Positions 12,348 through 26,352 of a stretch of DNA of 64,000 nt are shown piece by piece. The stretch comes from Malacoraja senta. Taxonomy: Eukaryota. The notes below the pieces were generated by a model, which saw only the letters and a list, made by a program, of their open reading frames with translations, was not told where the DNA came from and searched no databases. Numbering within the stretch: the stretch's first letter is position 1; each line of letters begins with the position of its first letter. The stretch lies in assembly GCA_038087875.1 (NCBI GenBank), contig CM075990.1, forward strand, positions 10,106,001 to 10,170,000, given 5' to 3'. The translations under genes and the position numbers were made by a program.

Positions 12348-13975
12348 CTAAAATAAAACCAATTAAACACAATTAGCAAACAGCCCATAAAATCAAAGTA
12401 AAAAGTGTTAATTCTATCAATGTAATTGATACTAAGTTCTTCCATTAAAGCTACAACAAAGTTCTTCATTGAGATGAGCTCGCACTCATGGTTGAATACT
12501 TACAGAGGACATGTGCTCAGGATTATGCTCTTGCGACAAATGTTTAGATGGGTTTCACTTCATCTTTCTTAAGCACATGGTGTACAACGTTTGCATTGAA
12601 AAAATATATTTTGCTGACCAATAACTGAATCAGCTTGCGTACAACCGAGACATACTGACCAGGACCACCCAGTTATTTGGCACCATTGCCAGAGATTGGG
12701 GAAATGAAGAAAAATCTGGCAGTGCTCCATTCCAGGTCATTTTCAATGACTCTTGCTAGGAAGTGCACATGCATGTCTAAACACAACCTGCGTCTGTGTA
12801 TGCGTTGATCCACACACACCTGCGTGAATGATAGCCTACACAAACTATTGGCCTGCTGATGCACTGAGGAGGAATTATATCCACATCTACTCCTTGGAGA
12901 TTCTGTGTAATAGAACCCAATATTGGTTTCTTGCTTCTGCCTTATTTTACTTTCCATTGTAATCAACATTTGGAAGGTTGTGCAACCAATATTCCCAGAC
13001 ACTCTTTAGCTACGAGTTAGTTATAAATACCAGCAGAACTCCATTCTCATCCCTATCTTCACCCACCCGATTTCAGTTTACCTGGACCACATTTTGTTGG
13101 ATGCTTAGGTCTATGGAATCAGCTCAAATACGAAAAAGAGAGTAGGAAGGGGAAAGTATGCAGTGAGTGGACATATGCAGATGTTATGTAACCTAGACAT
13201 TATGGCATTTAAAATAGGAAAATAATTTTAACATTAATCCGAATGTAATCTTTTTGGTTACAAATTGCATGATTTTATAAACTATAACTACATTTTTCTT
13301 TGCTCCATGGAGCTCCATGAAATGAGATGTCAGTCATTAAGCAAAATGTTGATCAGACTTGAATTTCAGAAGAAGTTGTTTAAAACAAAAGATGGTACAT
13401 TATGTTTTAGTTTTGAGTTGACTGTTGAGTCAGGCAATTCCCTTCTTTAACCTTTTCTAAGTATTTATGGGTTTGAAATTACAGCGTGAAATTACATCCC
13501 CCTCGTCAGAATCTATCCCCACTTTTGCCTTGTCCATCCATTATTGAATGACTACTGGATGCATCGCTTGGCTACACTCTCCATTCAATGTCATTAAATT
13601 CCCCAAAGTCCTGATTAATTCCTTAAAACTGAGACTGGTGATGCTTGTTCCCTGTCAGATGGGTGCATCCACAACCTGTCATAATCTGTAAAGTTCTTGA
13701 ATCATTAGACCTGCCCTTCAGATACCTTCCTCACTCTTCAAAGGTGTAATCTCTTTAGTGTGAACTTCATGACATTGGGATTTTTGTGGCCACTTTATTA
13801 AGTTACCTATGACTATCTCTGTTAATTCTCTCCTTGACTTGTAGCATTACTGACAACATCCCGCATCTCCTTACTGCTCCATCTATGTACCATTCACTTT
13901 CACTCCCACTCATCTCTCTCTGCTTAAAATAAATAAAAAGACCAATATCTCTCGTTTCCCCTTCCTGTGGCTTTC

Positions 13976-14108
13976 AGTCTGAAGAAGGGGCTTGACCCAA
14001 AACGTCACCCATCCCTTCTCTCCAGAGATGTTGCCTATCCTGCTGAGTTTCTCCAGCTTTTTCTATCTATCTTCGGTTCAAACCAGCATCTGCAGTTCCT
14101 TCCTACAC
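13976..14108 (+). mobile_element. Hammerhead-family single arm
   Basis: cagtctgaagaaggggcttgacccaaaacgtc..gcagttccttcctacac. Confidence 0.75.
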
Positions 14109-16309
14109 GATGAAATACCAGTCTTTGCTTCCAAATGTTTGGCACAACTGTGGTTTGATGTTACAGCTACATGATTGTTTGTCACACCACAACAGAATGT
14201 GTTGTGTGCATGTTCTAAGCACTACGATATTGGCCCTGGAAGAGTAACGTTGACCTATCCAAATGTTTCCTGGATTCTAATGTGTAAATTAGGAGATGAT
14301 ATAATCTAAGGCCACATTCGCTGTACATCTAGAAGTTATGGCAGATCGTATGGTTTACAAGATATTAAAAGGAACTGATAGATTAGAGAGAAACCATTTC
14401 TGCTTGGGGGGAGTCTAGAACTTGGGCATATTGATGAAATATTATTGAAGAATGACTTAAGAAGTGTGATCCATCTTTTATTAACCATAGGTACTATGGG
14501 ATCTGGCAAAAGGGTCTAGGAAAAAGATAGTTATATCAAAGATCAGCCATGGGCTTTTAAACTGGCAGAACAATCAGAAAACCCCATTGCGATTCTTCTT
14601 CCAGCATATAGATATCTTTGTTAATTCTTGAGTTCTGCTGTAGTTTCACATTTATTATTTCGTCTCGGAGACCTTATAGAATTCCACATGTGACATTTAG
14701 TTTTATATCGCTCCTACCTCACCTCTGGGTCATGACCTTAACTGTGTGAGTTCCTACCCAAGATAAAATCATAAACGATGAGAAGATTTATGATGCTCAG
14801 CGTTGAAGGTATTGTATCCATATTGCAAACATCTAACAAGAAATGCATGTGAAATTCAACCTGGGAATGAAAAATATTTAGTCCTGCTTCTTCCAAAGCT
14901 GGACCTCAAACAACAAATGATGACCAACTCCAGCCACTTTTATTACATGCTGTCCTTCATCCATCCCATTGTCAATGTTGCTTAAATACTCAGTTCAACC
15001 TCACAGCTTTGGATAGAGCAAGCCACATATATTTTGAATACTTGGATTGAATTTCAAGTAAGTTTCCTGATTGGAAGTGAACAATATGGCTTTGATAATT
15101 TTATACTTCTGACTCATTTATAAATTGAACTCGGGTAAAAAGTCAAAGAGAACAATAGAATGGCCTTCCAGAGGTGGTGTAGTAGTGCAATTGACACACA
15201 TATGGTGTTCTGTAACATCACCAAGTTAAAACATATGCCTGGAAAATAGGCTCCTGCAGAGGCAATGCAAGAGTAATGGAAATTTTACTGACCCCACAAA
15301 GGTGAAAAGATACCAATATACAGTTACTACCTCTGACCGTTTCAATTACCCAGCTGACCATTTCATCTCCTCTCACTGAATGGTATGAAACCTCCCCACC
15401 CATTCAGTACTACTTTAAAAAAACTGAACTAAAGACCTGCTGGTCTTCAAGAATACATGAATTTATTCACATCCAACTGTCTTGCACTGATTCTCCCTCC
15501 CCCCGCAGAATAAATCACCATATTTTATCTAAATCAGTGTAACAGTTTGTAAAGTGTTTATATGCCTGTACGCCTTTAAAGATTTGGACATCTCAAGTAG
15601 TATGTCTCTGATATATCGCCGGGCCCAAACGTTGCGACTTAGTTAAGACTTCTGCTTCAGTAAAGAACATTCCCATCTGGAGAACTACCATCTTGCTTGA
15701 CTGCTACCCACTAAAGGGTAGGTATCTGCCAATTTCCTGGTGCCCATATAAAAATGCCCTATCCTCTGATAATTGTTGCACCTTGTATGTGTATGCTGAG
15801 ACCAGATGACTCTCGTAATGCAAGGCCTTCTGCTCTACCCATGTGTAATCTACTGGTTTCTCAACCTGCAGTGCCCACATGGCCAGGCATTAACCCGTTC
15901 ACTGCCAATATTTTTTTGCACGTATAATCTGACCCGAGTATACTCGGGGGTGGCACTGAACAAATTAAAAGAGAAGACACAGTGCCATTACTATCTCTGC
16001 AGAAGTGATCCCTGATTACACTGGAATCATATCTCATGCAAAATTGTGTTATGTTCCTCTCCATTGCTGGTGGATGTTTTTCTACATCTTATTAATGTAT
16101 CTCATTTGTAGTTTGGGGTGAGAGTTGACTTATAAATTTTTCACATGCCTCGAGCCCCACTATCAGCAACAATATCAACTACTACCTCTTGCACCTTGTA
16201 AATTCTCTAAGGACTACAAGGATAATGAATGTCAACCATGATTGGGGCATCACAGGTATCAGTCTGGTGGCTCATTAGATAGGGAGCTAATTAACTAATG
16301 AAACTGTAA

Positions 16310-16690
16310 AGATGATGGAAGAGAAATAGATGAAGGAGTGAATGATGAGAAGAAAGAGAGGGAACAAAGACTGAAAAAAATGAGAGTGGAGAGCTAGGAA
16401 TGATAAAGAGTGGGTTGAGGAGAGAGAGAAAAAAGAGAGAAAGAGCGGAGTGAGGGGCTGAATAAAAATAAGTATGATGGAGAGTGTATTGAGAAAAGAG
16501 GAAGGAAGGAAAGGTGTGGGGGGGGAGAAACGGTGAAGTGAAGGAGAGAATGAGATATAGTGCAGTGCATTGTGGAAAAAAGAGGGCAAGGAAAGGGGTT
16601 GGTAGAGAGAGAGGGAGTGACAGTAAGAAAAAGGGAGTGGGAGAAAGAGAGAAAGCAAAAGAAAGGGGCGGTGAAAGCGAGAGAATGGCA
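16310..16690. repeat. Polypurine (GA-rich) low-complexity tract
   Basis: Almost purely A/G on plus. Confidence 0.85.
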
Positions 16691-16724
16691 TGAGTGTGTC
16701 TGATTGTCTGGGTTCTTTCCTTTC

Positions 16725-16890
16725 AATTTTAAAGTTAGATATAGCTCTTTGGGCTAACAGAATCAAGGGATATGAGGAGAAAGCAGGAACAGGGTACTAA
16801 TTTTGGATGATCAGCCACAATCATATTGAATGTCGGTGCTGTCTCGAAGGGCCTAATGGCCTACTCCTGCACCTATTTTCTATGTTTCCG
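16725..16890 (+). mobile_element. CR1 LINE 3' end
   Basis: gatgatcagccac..gaagggcctaatggcctactcctgcacctattttctatg. Confidence 0.75.
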
Positions 16891-17633
16891 GTAATGAAAT
16901 CAACAGCACCTTCAAAAAAGGCTGTACATCTCACCAATGAGGGAAGATCTCGCACTCTAGCCAAGGATACGTCACCTATCCATGTGCACCAGAGATGCTG
17001 CCTGATGCGCTGAGTTACTCCCACTGTCTTCAGCGGCACCAAAACGTAGTAACACTTGTATGCTGCCTGGATGAGGATTGCTACATGATTTTACCAGGTT
17101 GTATACAAAACAAACCATTTCACTGTACCTAGGTACATGTGACAAAAGTAAAATTGAATGTCCATAGGCAATGAATTATGACTTCCCCCGAACCTGATGC
17201 TTTTTCCATTAGCAATTACCAAACATCAAAACAAATATAGGGTTCAGGCAATGATATTGGCTTGTAGTTTTCTTGACTGCATAGCTGCAAAATTGGACGT
17301 GTGCAGGGTTACTGCATATTTGGCATTACTATATGCTGCCACTTATTAGTTGTGCCATGTATACACAAGATGAGTAGTCACTATACCATATTGTAAAATA
17401 TAGTAATTTTACTATAAATTCCATCTTTATTCCCATCTATTGTAATCTCTCACATGGAGTGAGGACCTAAAAGTCACAATACATACCAATAATTTTGCAC
17501 ATAAAATCACTTGGAATTAAAATATTGGTCATAAGCAATTACATTCAACTATTTACTATTCTCTATGGTGTCCATGGAGATTTGCAATTGAAATTGCCTT
17601 AGCCCAATGGCCCACATTTCGTCTCACTCTTAC

Positions 17634-17669
17634 CCTTTCTCCTTTTGGTCCTGCTGGCCCTGGTACACC
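17634..17669 (-). CDS. COL13A1: Collagen exon, 36 nt: GVPGPAGPKGER
   Basis: Acceptor ttctatgtag, donor gtaaga; matches the human peptide as recalled. Confidence 0.93.
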
Positions 17670-20600
17670 CTACATAGAAATGAATATATTTATATATTTA
17701 AGAACAACACACTACCCTCACCTGTTTTCTAGCAACAATGCCATTAACAAAAAAGGCCTAGCATTAGAGCGGAAGGGCACTTAGATCATTCAGAGAATAG
17801 TACATGAACCAGTTGCTCAGCCTAAAGAAAATTAAGTAGCGCACTCTTAGTAGGACTGGGGCATTTCTGTTGGTGAAATAAGCCTGGGTTTTACCAATGT
17901 AATGAATAGGATCTGTACAATATATAAAATGAGGCAGTGCCTTGAATTAATCTGTCCACCAATTTTGTGTGTCTCCTCTTGTGTCTTCTATGTGGCCAAA
18001 CAGGTGAATTTAGAAATGGTGAACCAAGAGACTTAACACTGCCATTTTGTGGCTGTTCTAAATCAAGATTGCAATACAATCAAGTACATTGCTTCTTAGG
18101 ACGGGCGAGTGAATGAAAAGAAAATATAGACATTAGGATAAAATCCTTGGCAGTTTACATGGAATTTGTGTAGATGGAAATGTAGTCTGCATGGCCCTCT
18201 TTTGTTTATCAGGTACCCATGGGAAAATAAGATTGTTGCCCTGTGTATTGCTGATAACTATATCTGAAGAGCCTTTGGCTCATTGATGCAGTAAAAAGTT
18301 CTGTAATTTTGTCAGTACAGGCATACAGGGACATTAATGAGCTTACTCAAATTCTTTTCAGCTCTTTAAAATTACCATCTGAAATAAATATCGAAATGTT
18401 GGATAAATCGAACAGGGTCAGGCAGCATCTGAGGATAGAGAAACACTTTGTCCAATGCGGAAAATTAACTCAGTTTCTCTTTCCACAGATGCTGCCTGAT
18501 CTACTATGTATTTCCAGGATTTTTCCCTTTAGATTTTAGATCTTCGTTATTTGCCATTTTTGTTGGTTTTTATTTACTGTGGGATTAACATCTTTCCTAC
18601 TGTATTGATTAATGTGAGAAAATGCACATAAACTACTGTTGAGGACAAGTCACCATGCAGCATAGTGAAGGTTGGAAATTTGTCTTGGTCATTAATTATA
18701 TATGGCAATATAAATGCATTGTAAATTGCTTCAGTAATTTTTCTACTGGCATTCTGAGGCAAAGTACAAACTCCTGCTATTTTATATACAGATTAGCATA
18801 CATGACAAATAGATATATCTACTCCAGTGGGATAATGGACAGATATTCTTTGGCTGAGGTGTCCAAGGGATGAGGGAGGCTTTTGATTCCAATGCAAAAT
18901 TACTAGAGAACATCTAGCACTGGAGCAACCTACATATTGAACTGATAACATGACAAAAAGGGATCAAGTTCCGTCTCCACTATGGAAGGTTGAAAAAAAT
19001 CTGCTGCATTTAGCTCAAGGGTCCAATTCTGCAGTAACAGACTAAGAAAAATTGGCATACTCTCCTACATTTTGCAGTGGTCCCTGCAGTAATAGCCTGG
19101 TGATGTTCCTTTAAAAATCTCAGAGCCTTCAAGAAGGCAGGGGAACATAAGACATAATTCAGCCTCATTCGACACTGTGATTTATTTTCCAATATTAAAA
19201 AAAACGGATTATGTTATGTTTAAGTCTGTGCATTTCTTATTTTATTGAAAACCTAAGTGATATCCTTTGTTAAAATCTAGTAACCCTGAGCAAGGGAAGA
19301 ACCAGCTAAACAGAAAGCGTGTATCTGTATTTTCAAATGGGCTGCCAAAGAAATGAATCTAATTGAAATCCAGTCTCACTAATGTACTCTTTGAAATATT
19401 GATGCACTGCGGTGCCTGATTATGCCAATTGCTGTGTCTTGGTTACTGGACATGATCCTCTCGATTCAAGCATGGTTATGAAGGTACCTACAGGTATAAC
19501 CTGCAGAAGGGTTTGGCTCTTCCAGGTAGTAGAGCTAGCACTTCATGGGCATGGTTCCTGCTGGTGGGGACATAAATCGTCCTACTAGGTGTCTACTAAC
19601 CTTGCAACTACGCTCCTTAGGCAGAGACTATGATTTTGACGAGTTCCACTGAGTAATGAATGTATGAATAGAAAAGTGTATTTTGTGGTGAATATCAGTA
19701 TTCCAGGGCATTGTTGATCATCAACAAGTCAGTCCTGTTCTTGAGGGAAATACTAGTCAATGGGTGGGATATCTCTTGCTCTGATCTTAGTAACTCTGTA
19801 CCTAGTGGTTGGATCAAGTAGTTGGTCACAACCAAGGGATTTTCTCAGGTAAGTCTTCACTTTTGCAAAGTTTACCTTCGAGGAGACTTTCTCTCTTAGG
19901 GTGTTCCGAACAATTTGGCGAAACCAATTAACATCTATGCTAACTTGCTTAAATGGATAGGATGTTTACAATACATTAACTTATCAAAGACTGTACAGGC
20001 CATTGTATGGAATCACAGAAGCTCAGCCTAGCAATGGGGTTTCATAAATTACACTGGAGAATATAGATTGGGAGTGAAATTTGGCATGGGTAATGATACA
20101 AAATGAGTCATGAGTACTTTACCCTCTCTAGTCGACCGAAATTGAATTTTATCGCAATGATTTCGGAATCTGTGCAACAAATCTTGCAGCATGGATATGT
20201 GTTACACTTTAATTTGAAGGGTCCACTTTGGTCAATATAACTCAGTAAGATCATAGGCCCACGTTACACATCAACATTAAATGCTTCAGACCTACTAAGA
20301 CGGGATAGATTTACTGTAAACCACAGATTGCTTTGGTATATGTAAATGTAGGACAGTTGCTAGAACCAAAATTGTATCCCGCTCAACAAAACTAATTTTG
20401 TTTAAAAGCACTTTAATTATTTATTTCCTACATTTGTTAATTTACCAGAATTACAACGCTGTGGCTGCAATATTTGTAGCCATTGAACAGTCACGTTACT
20501 TAAGCATTTCCTAATCCGAATGGTAAACCAAAATGTTAATTAAGCAGTCGCATGCACTGGCATATATCTCATGCTTCATTGCCAATGGTAATGATTCACT

Positions 20601-20698
20601 GTACAGGCATGGATTCCAGCGATGTTAAATTCACAATGCAGTCCAACAGCAGTGTAGCAGGCACGAACTATCTAGGAGAATGGACATACAGAACTCAC

Positions 20699-20734
20699 CA
20701 GTGGTCCAGGCTGTCCATCTAAGCCAGAAGCACC
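20699..20734 (-). CDS. COL13A1: Collagen exon, 36 nt: GASGLDGQPGPL
   Basis: Acceptor accgtccag, donor gtgagt; human GASGLDGRPGPP. Confidence 0.92.
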
Positions 20735-21244
20735 CTGGACGGTGTATGAAATGTTAAAAGTGGAAAGAACAGTGGGGAAGAAATGAATGTAGCAGTGAAA
20801 AGGGACATGTGCTGGCATAACTCAATGAAAGGTGATGACATAATGTTGAAAGGGATGAAGACTTGACATATCTATCAGCACACATGAAAGCTTTTGGAAA
20901 CACAAACAATTTAGCTGAATATTTCAGGCTTTTGAATTTGCTTTAATATTTTGATAGTGAATTGGCAATGGAAACATCATTGTGGTTACCAGGAGTTACC
21001 TGTGTATTAATTTTACAGAACAGCACAGGAACTAGCTGAAAATACTGAATGCCAAATCTTCACAATTAGCAAAGAGTGAATATGACCAGCACCTTGTGTG
21101 ATTGAAAGTGAATTATGATACATGTACATTGGATCAATAATGAATTATGGCAATGTTGGTGATAAAGCACTGTTTTCTATCCATTACACGATGGATAATG
21201 AATTATCTAATGCAGAAGGAAAGATGCTATTTCAACATTAGACT

Positions 21245-21268
21245 TCACACACATACACACACACACAC
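21245..21268. repeat. (CA)n microsatellite
   Basis: Direct reading. Confidence 0.9.
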
Positions 21269-22227
21269 TGCAACTGCAGCTTTCAATACCTAGTATATTC
21301 TCATGTTTCTGTGACTTTAATAATGAATTTAAGCTTGCGTTTGTTTTTTCATTTGCCTAATCTTTAAATTCTGTTGATCATCCAGAACTAAGGAAGGACT
21401 TCCCTATAGTTATTGATGTTATAAATAGATTGTGTAGAATGGCTCTGTTTTCTCTGGAAGGATTGTGATCTCACTCAGAGGGCTTGACAAATTGGATATT
21501 GTGTTTTTCTCTTGGATGGTGAATCTCAAAACGATGTTCCTAGGACAAGGGTTCTGCCTCTTAATTGGGATATGGAGATGTGACTTTACTCAGGTTTTGA
21601 GTGCTCAATACTTTCAAGAGCCAGTTCAATAGCTTTTTGAACAAGAATGGAATTGGCAAATATGGTGACATTTGACAGGAATGTACAGTTATGGTAGAAG
21701 ACAGACTGTAACTTCGAATCAGTTCTGAGAAGCCTTGATGAATGGGCTAATTCTGTTCATTTATGAGTATTACTCATCAGGACACCATGAGTGATTGAAG
21801 ATTGTTATTAAATTTTGAAAACTCTTTCATTTTTTTAAATGTATATTAATGATATTCAAAATAAGTATTATAATACTAAATGTTCCAGGATTTCATGTCC
21901 CGTGCCTTGATTTGTCCTTGCGAATAATTTTGGAATGAAAAAATACTGAATTGAGTTTTGATGAAAGGAATTTCCGCTGCATGGCTCTGCAGCAGAGAAC
22001 ATGGATGATGCAGGTCTAAAAGCTATGACTTTGTTCTTGATAATCGTGACCCTTCTCAGTATCAAGCTTGGCCCATGTGCCATGTTTGTGTTGATTTATG
22101 CTGCGGATGCTGATTCAGAAAGTCTCGGCCTCTGCTTAATTTTCAGTCCAACATTTTTCTCAAAAAGCCCAGAAATAAATCTCTGGAAGTGAGACATAGC
22201 TGTTGCTTACTTTCCTTTCATTTTAAT

Positions 22228-22540
22228 TTAGTTTAGAGATGCAGCGCGGAAACAGGCCCTTAAGCCCACCTGGTCCGCGCCGACCAGCAATCCCCGCACA
22301 TTAACACTATCCTACACACACCAGGGACAATTTTTACATTTACCAAGCCAATTTACCTACATACCTGAACATCTTTGGAGTGTGGGAGGAAACCAAAGAT
22401 CTCAGAGCAAACCCATGTAGGTCACAGGGAGAACGTACAAACTTCATACAGATACTATAGCACACGTAGTTGGGATCAAACCCAGGTCTCCGGTGCTGCA
22501 AGCACTATAAGGCAGCAACTCTACTGCTGCACCACCGTGG
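22228..22540 (-). mobile_element. HE1-like tRNA-derived V-SINE, full length
   Basis: On minus: tRNA head with A/B boxes, V-domain, CR1-type tail ending ctaaactaaa. Confidence 0.85.
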
Positions 22541-23121
22541 CCCCCCTTCTGTTGCTGTTCCATTGGTTCTCACTTGGTTTTGTTGTCCTTATTTTCACCC
22601 CCCACCATCACTGCCCTTCCCCTCCCCAAAATTCCCAGGAACTCTATTTATTTCTTGGAAAGTTAGCCATGCCAATAGCCAACCTATTTTATGTTACGTT
22701 TTTCAGTTTTATGGAAAGTGAGGCGTAGAGGGTTGCACGCACTAAAACAATTCATGGCTTCTCAAGGAGTGGTAGGTTTCTGCAAAATGGAAAGGACCAA
22801 GTTGATTTCTCCCCTTCAGAGATTGAATTCAACATGAAGTTGTAAAGTGGGTGGGCAGATGTTCACCTCTGGACCTGCTCACCTGATTGTACAGGTAAAT
22901 TAAATACATCCCTAAACTGATGTGACTTTTAGTTTTAAAAACGGTAGTCTAACGTGCGGTAACACACAAGTTATGGTTAGATGGTTTCTATAAAATTAGC
23001 TGTCTAAAGAATGAATGTGATTTGTAGACCATGTTAATTTCACTCTCATGCCCAGAAATCCCACATTGACGGTATCAGCTAGAAGTACAGATTGATGGCA
23101 GTAACAGAAAATAGAACTTAC

Positions 23122-23184
23122 AGGCAGTCCCAGGGCACCTCGGTCACCTCTATCACCTTTGAAACCTTCTGACCCAGGCTCGCC
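23122..23184 (-). CDS. COL13A1: Collagen exon, 63 nt: GEPGSEGFKGDRGDRGALGLP
   Basis: Acceptor ttgatgtag, donor gtaagt; ends GDRGxLGLP as in COL13A1. Confidence 0.92.
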
Positions 23185-24127
23185 CTACATCAATAAGAAA
23201 ATTGTGGTGTAATATGTTCACAATGTCATATCTGTATCATACATATGCTAATCTATCCAATTTACACACATAAAGCCACTGCTAAACATTCTAAGGTATA
23301 AAAATCTTGGAGCCAAACTGTGAAGCCCAAATGCTAATATTGAAAAGGAATACCAGCTAAAATGTAGAGTCTGGACACTTGGCCAGACATCTCTGTTGGC
23401 CATGAAATACTGGAGATGTCCTTTAGGTCAAGCAGAAATTCTGGAGAGAGGCAGTTCATCTTGCAGCTGCAGGATATTTCCTCAGAATTCCCTCTCCACA
23501 GATGCTGCCTGACCTGCTAAATTCTTTTTAACATTTCCAATTTTTAATGTAGTTACCATGATGTAATAAACTACAGATCCAACATGTGGGAAATAAGGCG
23601 TGTTGAAGATTGTTAGCATGTATTAGCTTTCATAAAGCAAATTAACTCCTAGCGTTTGAGAACATTATACCATACTTAGTCAAAAATATGATGTGTCGTT
23701 TCAATTTTCATTTTGTTAATGATATTTAATGTTGATCTTTCAGAATCAAAAACTTGAAAATCTGTTAAAATACATAATGGAAGTGAATTTTAAAAAAAAG
23801 TTAATTTGGTGAGGACAATGATAGTTTGTCGATTTTAGATTAAAAAATGTACCATCCAGGAGACAACTGTCATTGCCTCAGGCTGAACAACTCATTCCAT
23901 GAATTCTTTCCCATTCAGACCTTTTCAAAACATGTATTGCCGTCAAAGATCAAATGTGTTTTCTATTTTTATCAATCAACAAATTTAAACTATTGTATAG
24001 AGAGGGAAACTGTTACACTAAAAGTAAGCAGCAGTAAGTCTCTTTTATCATACGAAGCTCACGATACATTATTCTAAATATATTCTATACACAATTGTAA
24101 AAGTAGTTCAAGAATAATTAAAATTAC

Positions 24128-24154
24128 CTTTGTCCCTGAAAAGCCATGCGGACC
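24128..24154 (-). CDS. COL13A1: Collagen exon, 27 nt: GPHGFSGTK
   Basis: Acceptor ttctgcccag, donor gtaatt. Confidence 0.87.
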
Positions 24155-24319
24155 CTGGGCAGAACAGATTAGAAACCCGGTTTTAAATAAAGAACATTTC
24201 ATCCAGATTACAATATAACAAGTTCATTTCCAATGGCAACATTTCCAAATTTATCAAAATGACTGAAAGGATAATGGATTTTAGCTACATGGTTAGGTTG
24301 TAGGGGTTGGAACAGGGGT

Positions 24320-24680
24320 TGTTCTCGTTAGATGGTAGGTTTGATATGAGATGAAGACAAGCTTGGATAAGGTAGACAAAGAAATATTGCTCTCATTTGC
24401 GGATGGCACAAGGACTAGAGTTTACGATTTAATGATTTGGGGACGAAATACGCGGGGAATTTGAGGAACGACTCTTTTAGGCAGTCGGTGGCAAAAATCT
24501 TGGAACCTACTGCCTATTAGGGTAGTAGAAGTTGAGACGTGTGATTTTCAAAAGGAAATTAGATTTACACTTGAGGGAAGTAAACTTGTAGGATACGGGG
24601 ACAGGGCAGGGCAATAGAGGGTTAGCATTGACACTATGGGTTGAATGGCTTCCTTTTGTGTTGTAATGACAGTGGACTCT
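24320..24680 (+). mobile_element. CR1 LINE 3' relic
   Basis: Eroded CR1 end motifs (ggttgaatggcttcct). Confidence 0.55.
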
Positions 24681-25101
24681 CTGACAAATGAACATATTGT
24701 CTTTTCAAGTCCTGATGCACTTAAAGCAACCTAACTATTCTTAAGCATAAAGCAAGCCAGATATGCTATCAACGTCTGGTCCAGGTGTGTATGATATACG
24801 AGTTTTCCATTCAAAGATAGCTGTTTCAAATATAATTAATTGCCCTGGAATGATGATGTATGAAAAGACTTTACAAAAATCAAGGGTCTTTCAATAGGCA
24901 TAAGGAATTACAGTGCGATTAAAGGATGTAGTTTAAATTCAAATTTACACCTTGTTAATGAATTTACAATCACCCTCTGCTGATGCAATACCCTTAAAAT
25001 TAAAATGAAGCATAACTCTGCGAGCAAACGTATTGAGTATGAGAGGTCATGCTAGCTTCCTCCTCGTCTTGCATCCCAAGTTGAGAAGAATGGAGGCTTA
25101 C

Positions 25102-25152
25102 CTTTGGACCTGGGGGGCCCTCAGGCCCAGGTATTCCTGGCGGCCCAATAAC
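25102..25152 (-). CDS. COL13A1: Collagen exon, 51 nt: VIGPPGIPGPEGPPGPK
   Basis: Acceptor ccttttgcag, donor gtaagc; visible in ORF 25000..25317. Confidence 0.92.
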
Positions 25153-25475
25153 CTGCAAAAGGAAGAAACATCTTTCGGTGTGTACACTAGTCAAACTTTG
25201 CAAAAGGTTCATGAAACAGTGGACTGTGCTGTGCATGTTCTGATTGTGACTTGTAAAATGGATAGTAGTTTGCTGATTGAGTGCAAATCCTTTTACATGA
25301 TGCCACTTAACAGACAAAATGATTTAGGGGGATTTAGGCCAAATAAGGGCAAATAGGACCAGCTCAGACAGGGTATCTTGGTCAGCATGGATGAGTTGGG
25401 CTTAAGGGCTGGTTTCCATGCTGTGTGACATTAAACACACTAAATCGCACATTGGCCATCAATAGCTATCTTATT

Positions 25476-26352
25476 CCGCCGGAAGGGGCGGCGCCTAATG
25501 GCAGCGGCTCGACTGCAGTCCGTCTGTCTTTTTTTTTATTTTTGACTAGTTAAATGTAGTTGTTTGTGTTTTTTAATATTGTTTTTAACTGTGTATATGT
25601 GGGGGGCGGGGGGGGGGGGGGAGGGGGGAACTTTAAAAAATCTCTTCCCTGTATGGAGGACCCGACCTTTCTCTGTCGGGTCTCCATTGTCGTTGGGGCC
25701 TAGCATCGTGGAGAGGCCTCCAACCGGAACGACCTGGGGCTCCAGTTGCGGAGCCTGCGGACTACTCACCATCGTGGAGCTGGCCGAGTTCGGAGCGTGG
25801 AGAGCTGCGGTGGCACGCGGCTGTGACCCGACCCCGGAACTTCGGAGGTTCCAGCCGCGGGTCTGGTGGACGGTGACATCGGGAGCTCGCGGGTCCCTGG
25901 TGGGAGACCGCTTTTCGGGGCTTCCGCAACGGCAACTTCTCCCGCCCGAGTTGCGGGGTTGAAGATGACCTGGAGCTGGGTCTAACATCGCCCGGCGCGG
26001 CTTTGGTGGCCGCGGGACTTGCTAGCGCTACCGGGGTCTCCAACATCAAGACCCGGAGCGTGGCCTTGCATCGCCCGGCGCGGCTTTAATGGCCGCGGGA
26101 CTTATTTTTCATCGCCCGCCGGGTGCTCTGACTCTGACATCGGGAGGAGAATGGGGAGTGCAGGGGAGAGATAAGACTTTGCCTTCCATCACAGCGAGGA
26201 GGAGATTCGCTGTGATGGATGTTTGTGTAAATTGTGTTGTGTCTTGGTTCTTTTTACTTGTTTGTATGACTGCAGAAACCAAATTTCGTTTGAACCTCAT
26301 TTGAGGTTCAAATGACAATAAATGGTATTGTATTGTATTGTATTGTATTGTA
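25476..26352 (+). mobile_element. CpG-rich non-autonomous retroelement with internal 35-bp duplication and (TATTG)n tail
   Basis: Abrupt GC/CpG-rich block; repeats 25986-26020 and 26069-26103; AATAAA then gtatt x5. Confidence 0.65.

Noticed and set aside
16287-16766. 159-aa and 110-aa hydrophobic ORFs
   Set aside because: Translation of a polypurine/polypyrimidine tract.
25536-26049. Overlapping 95-150 aa ORFs on both strands
   Set aside because: Stop-poor GC-rich repeat; no recognisable domain.
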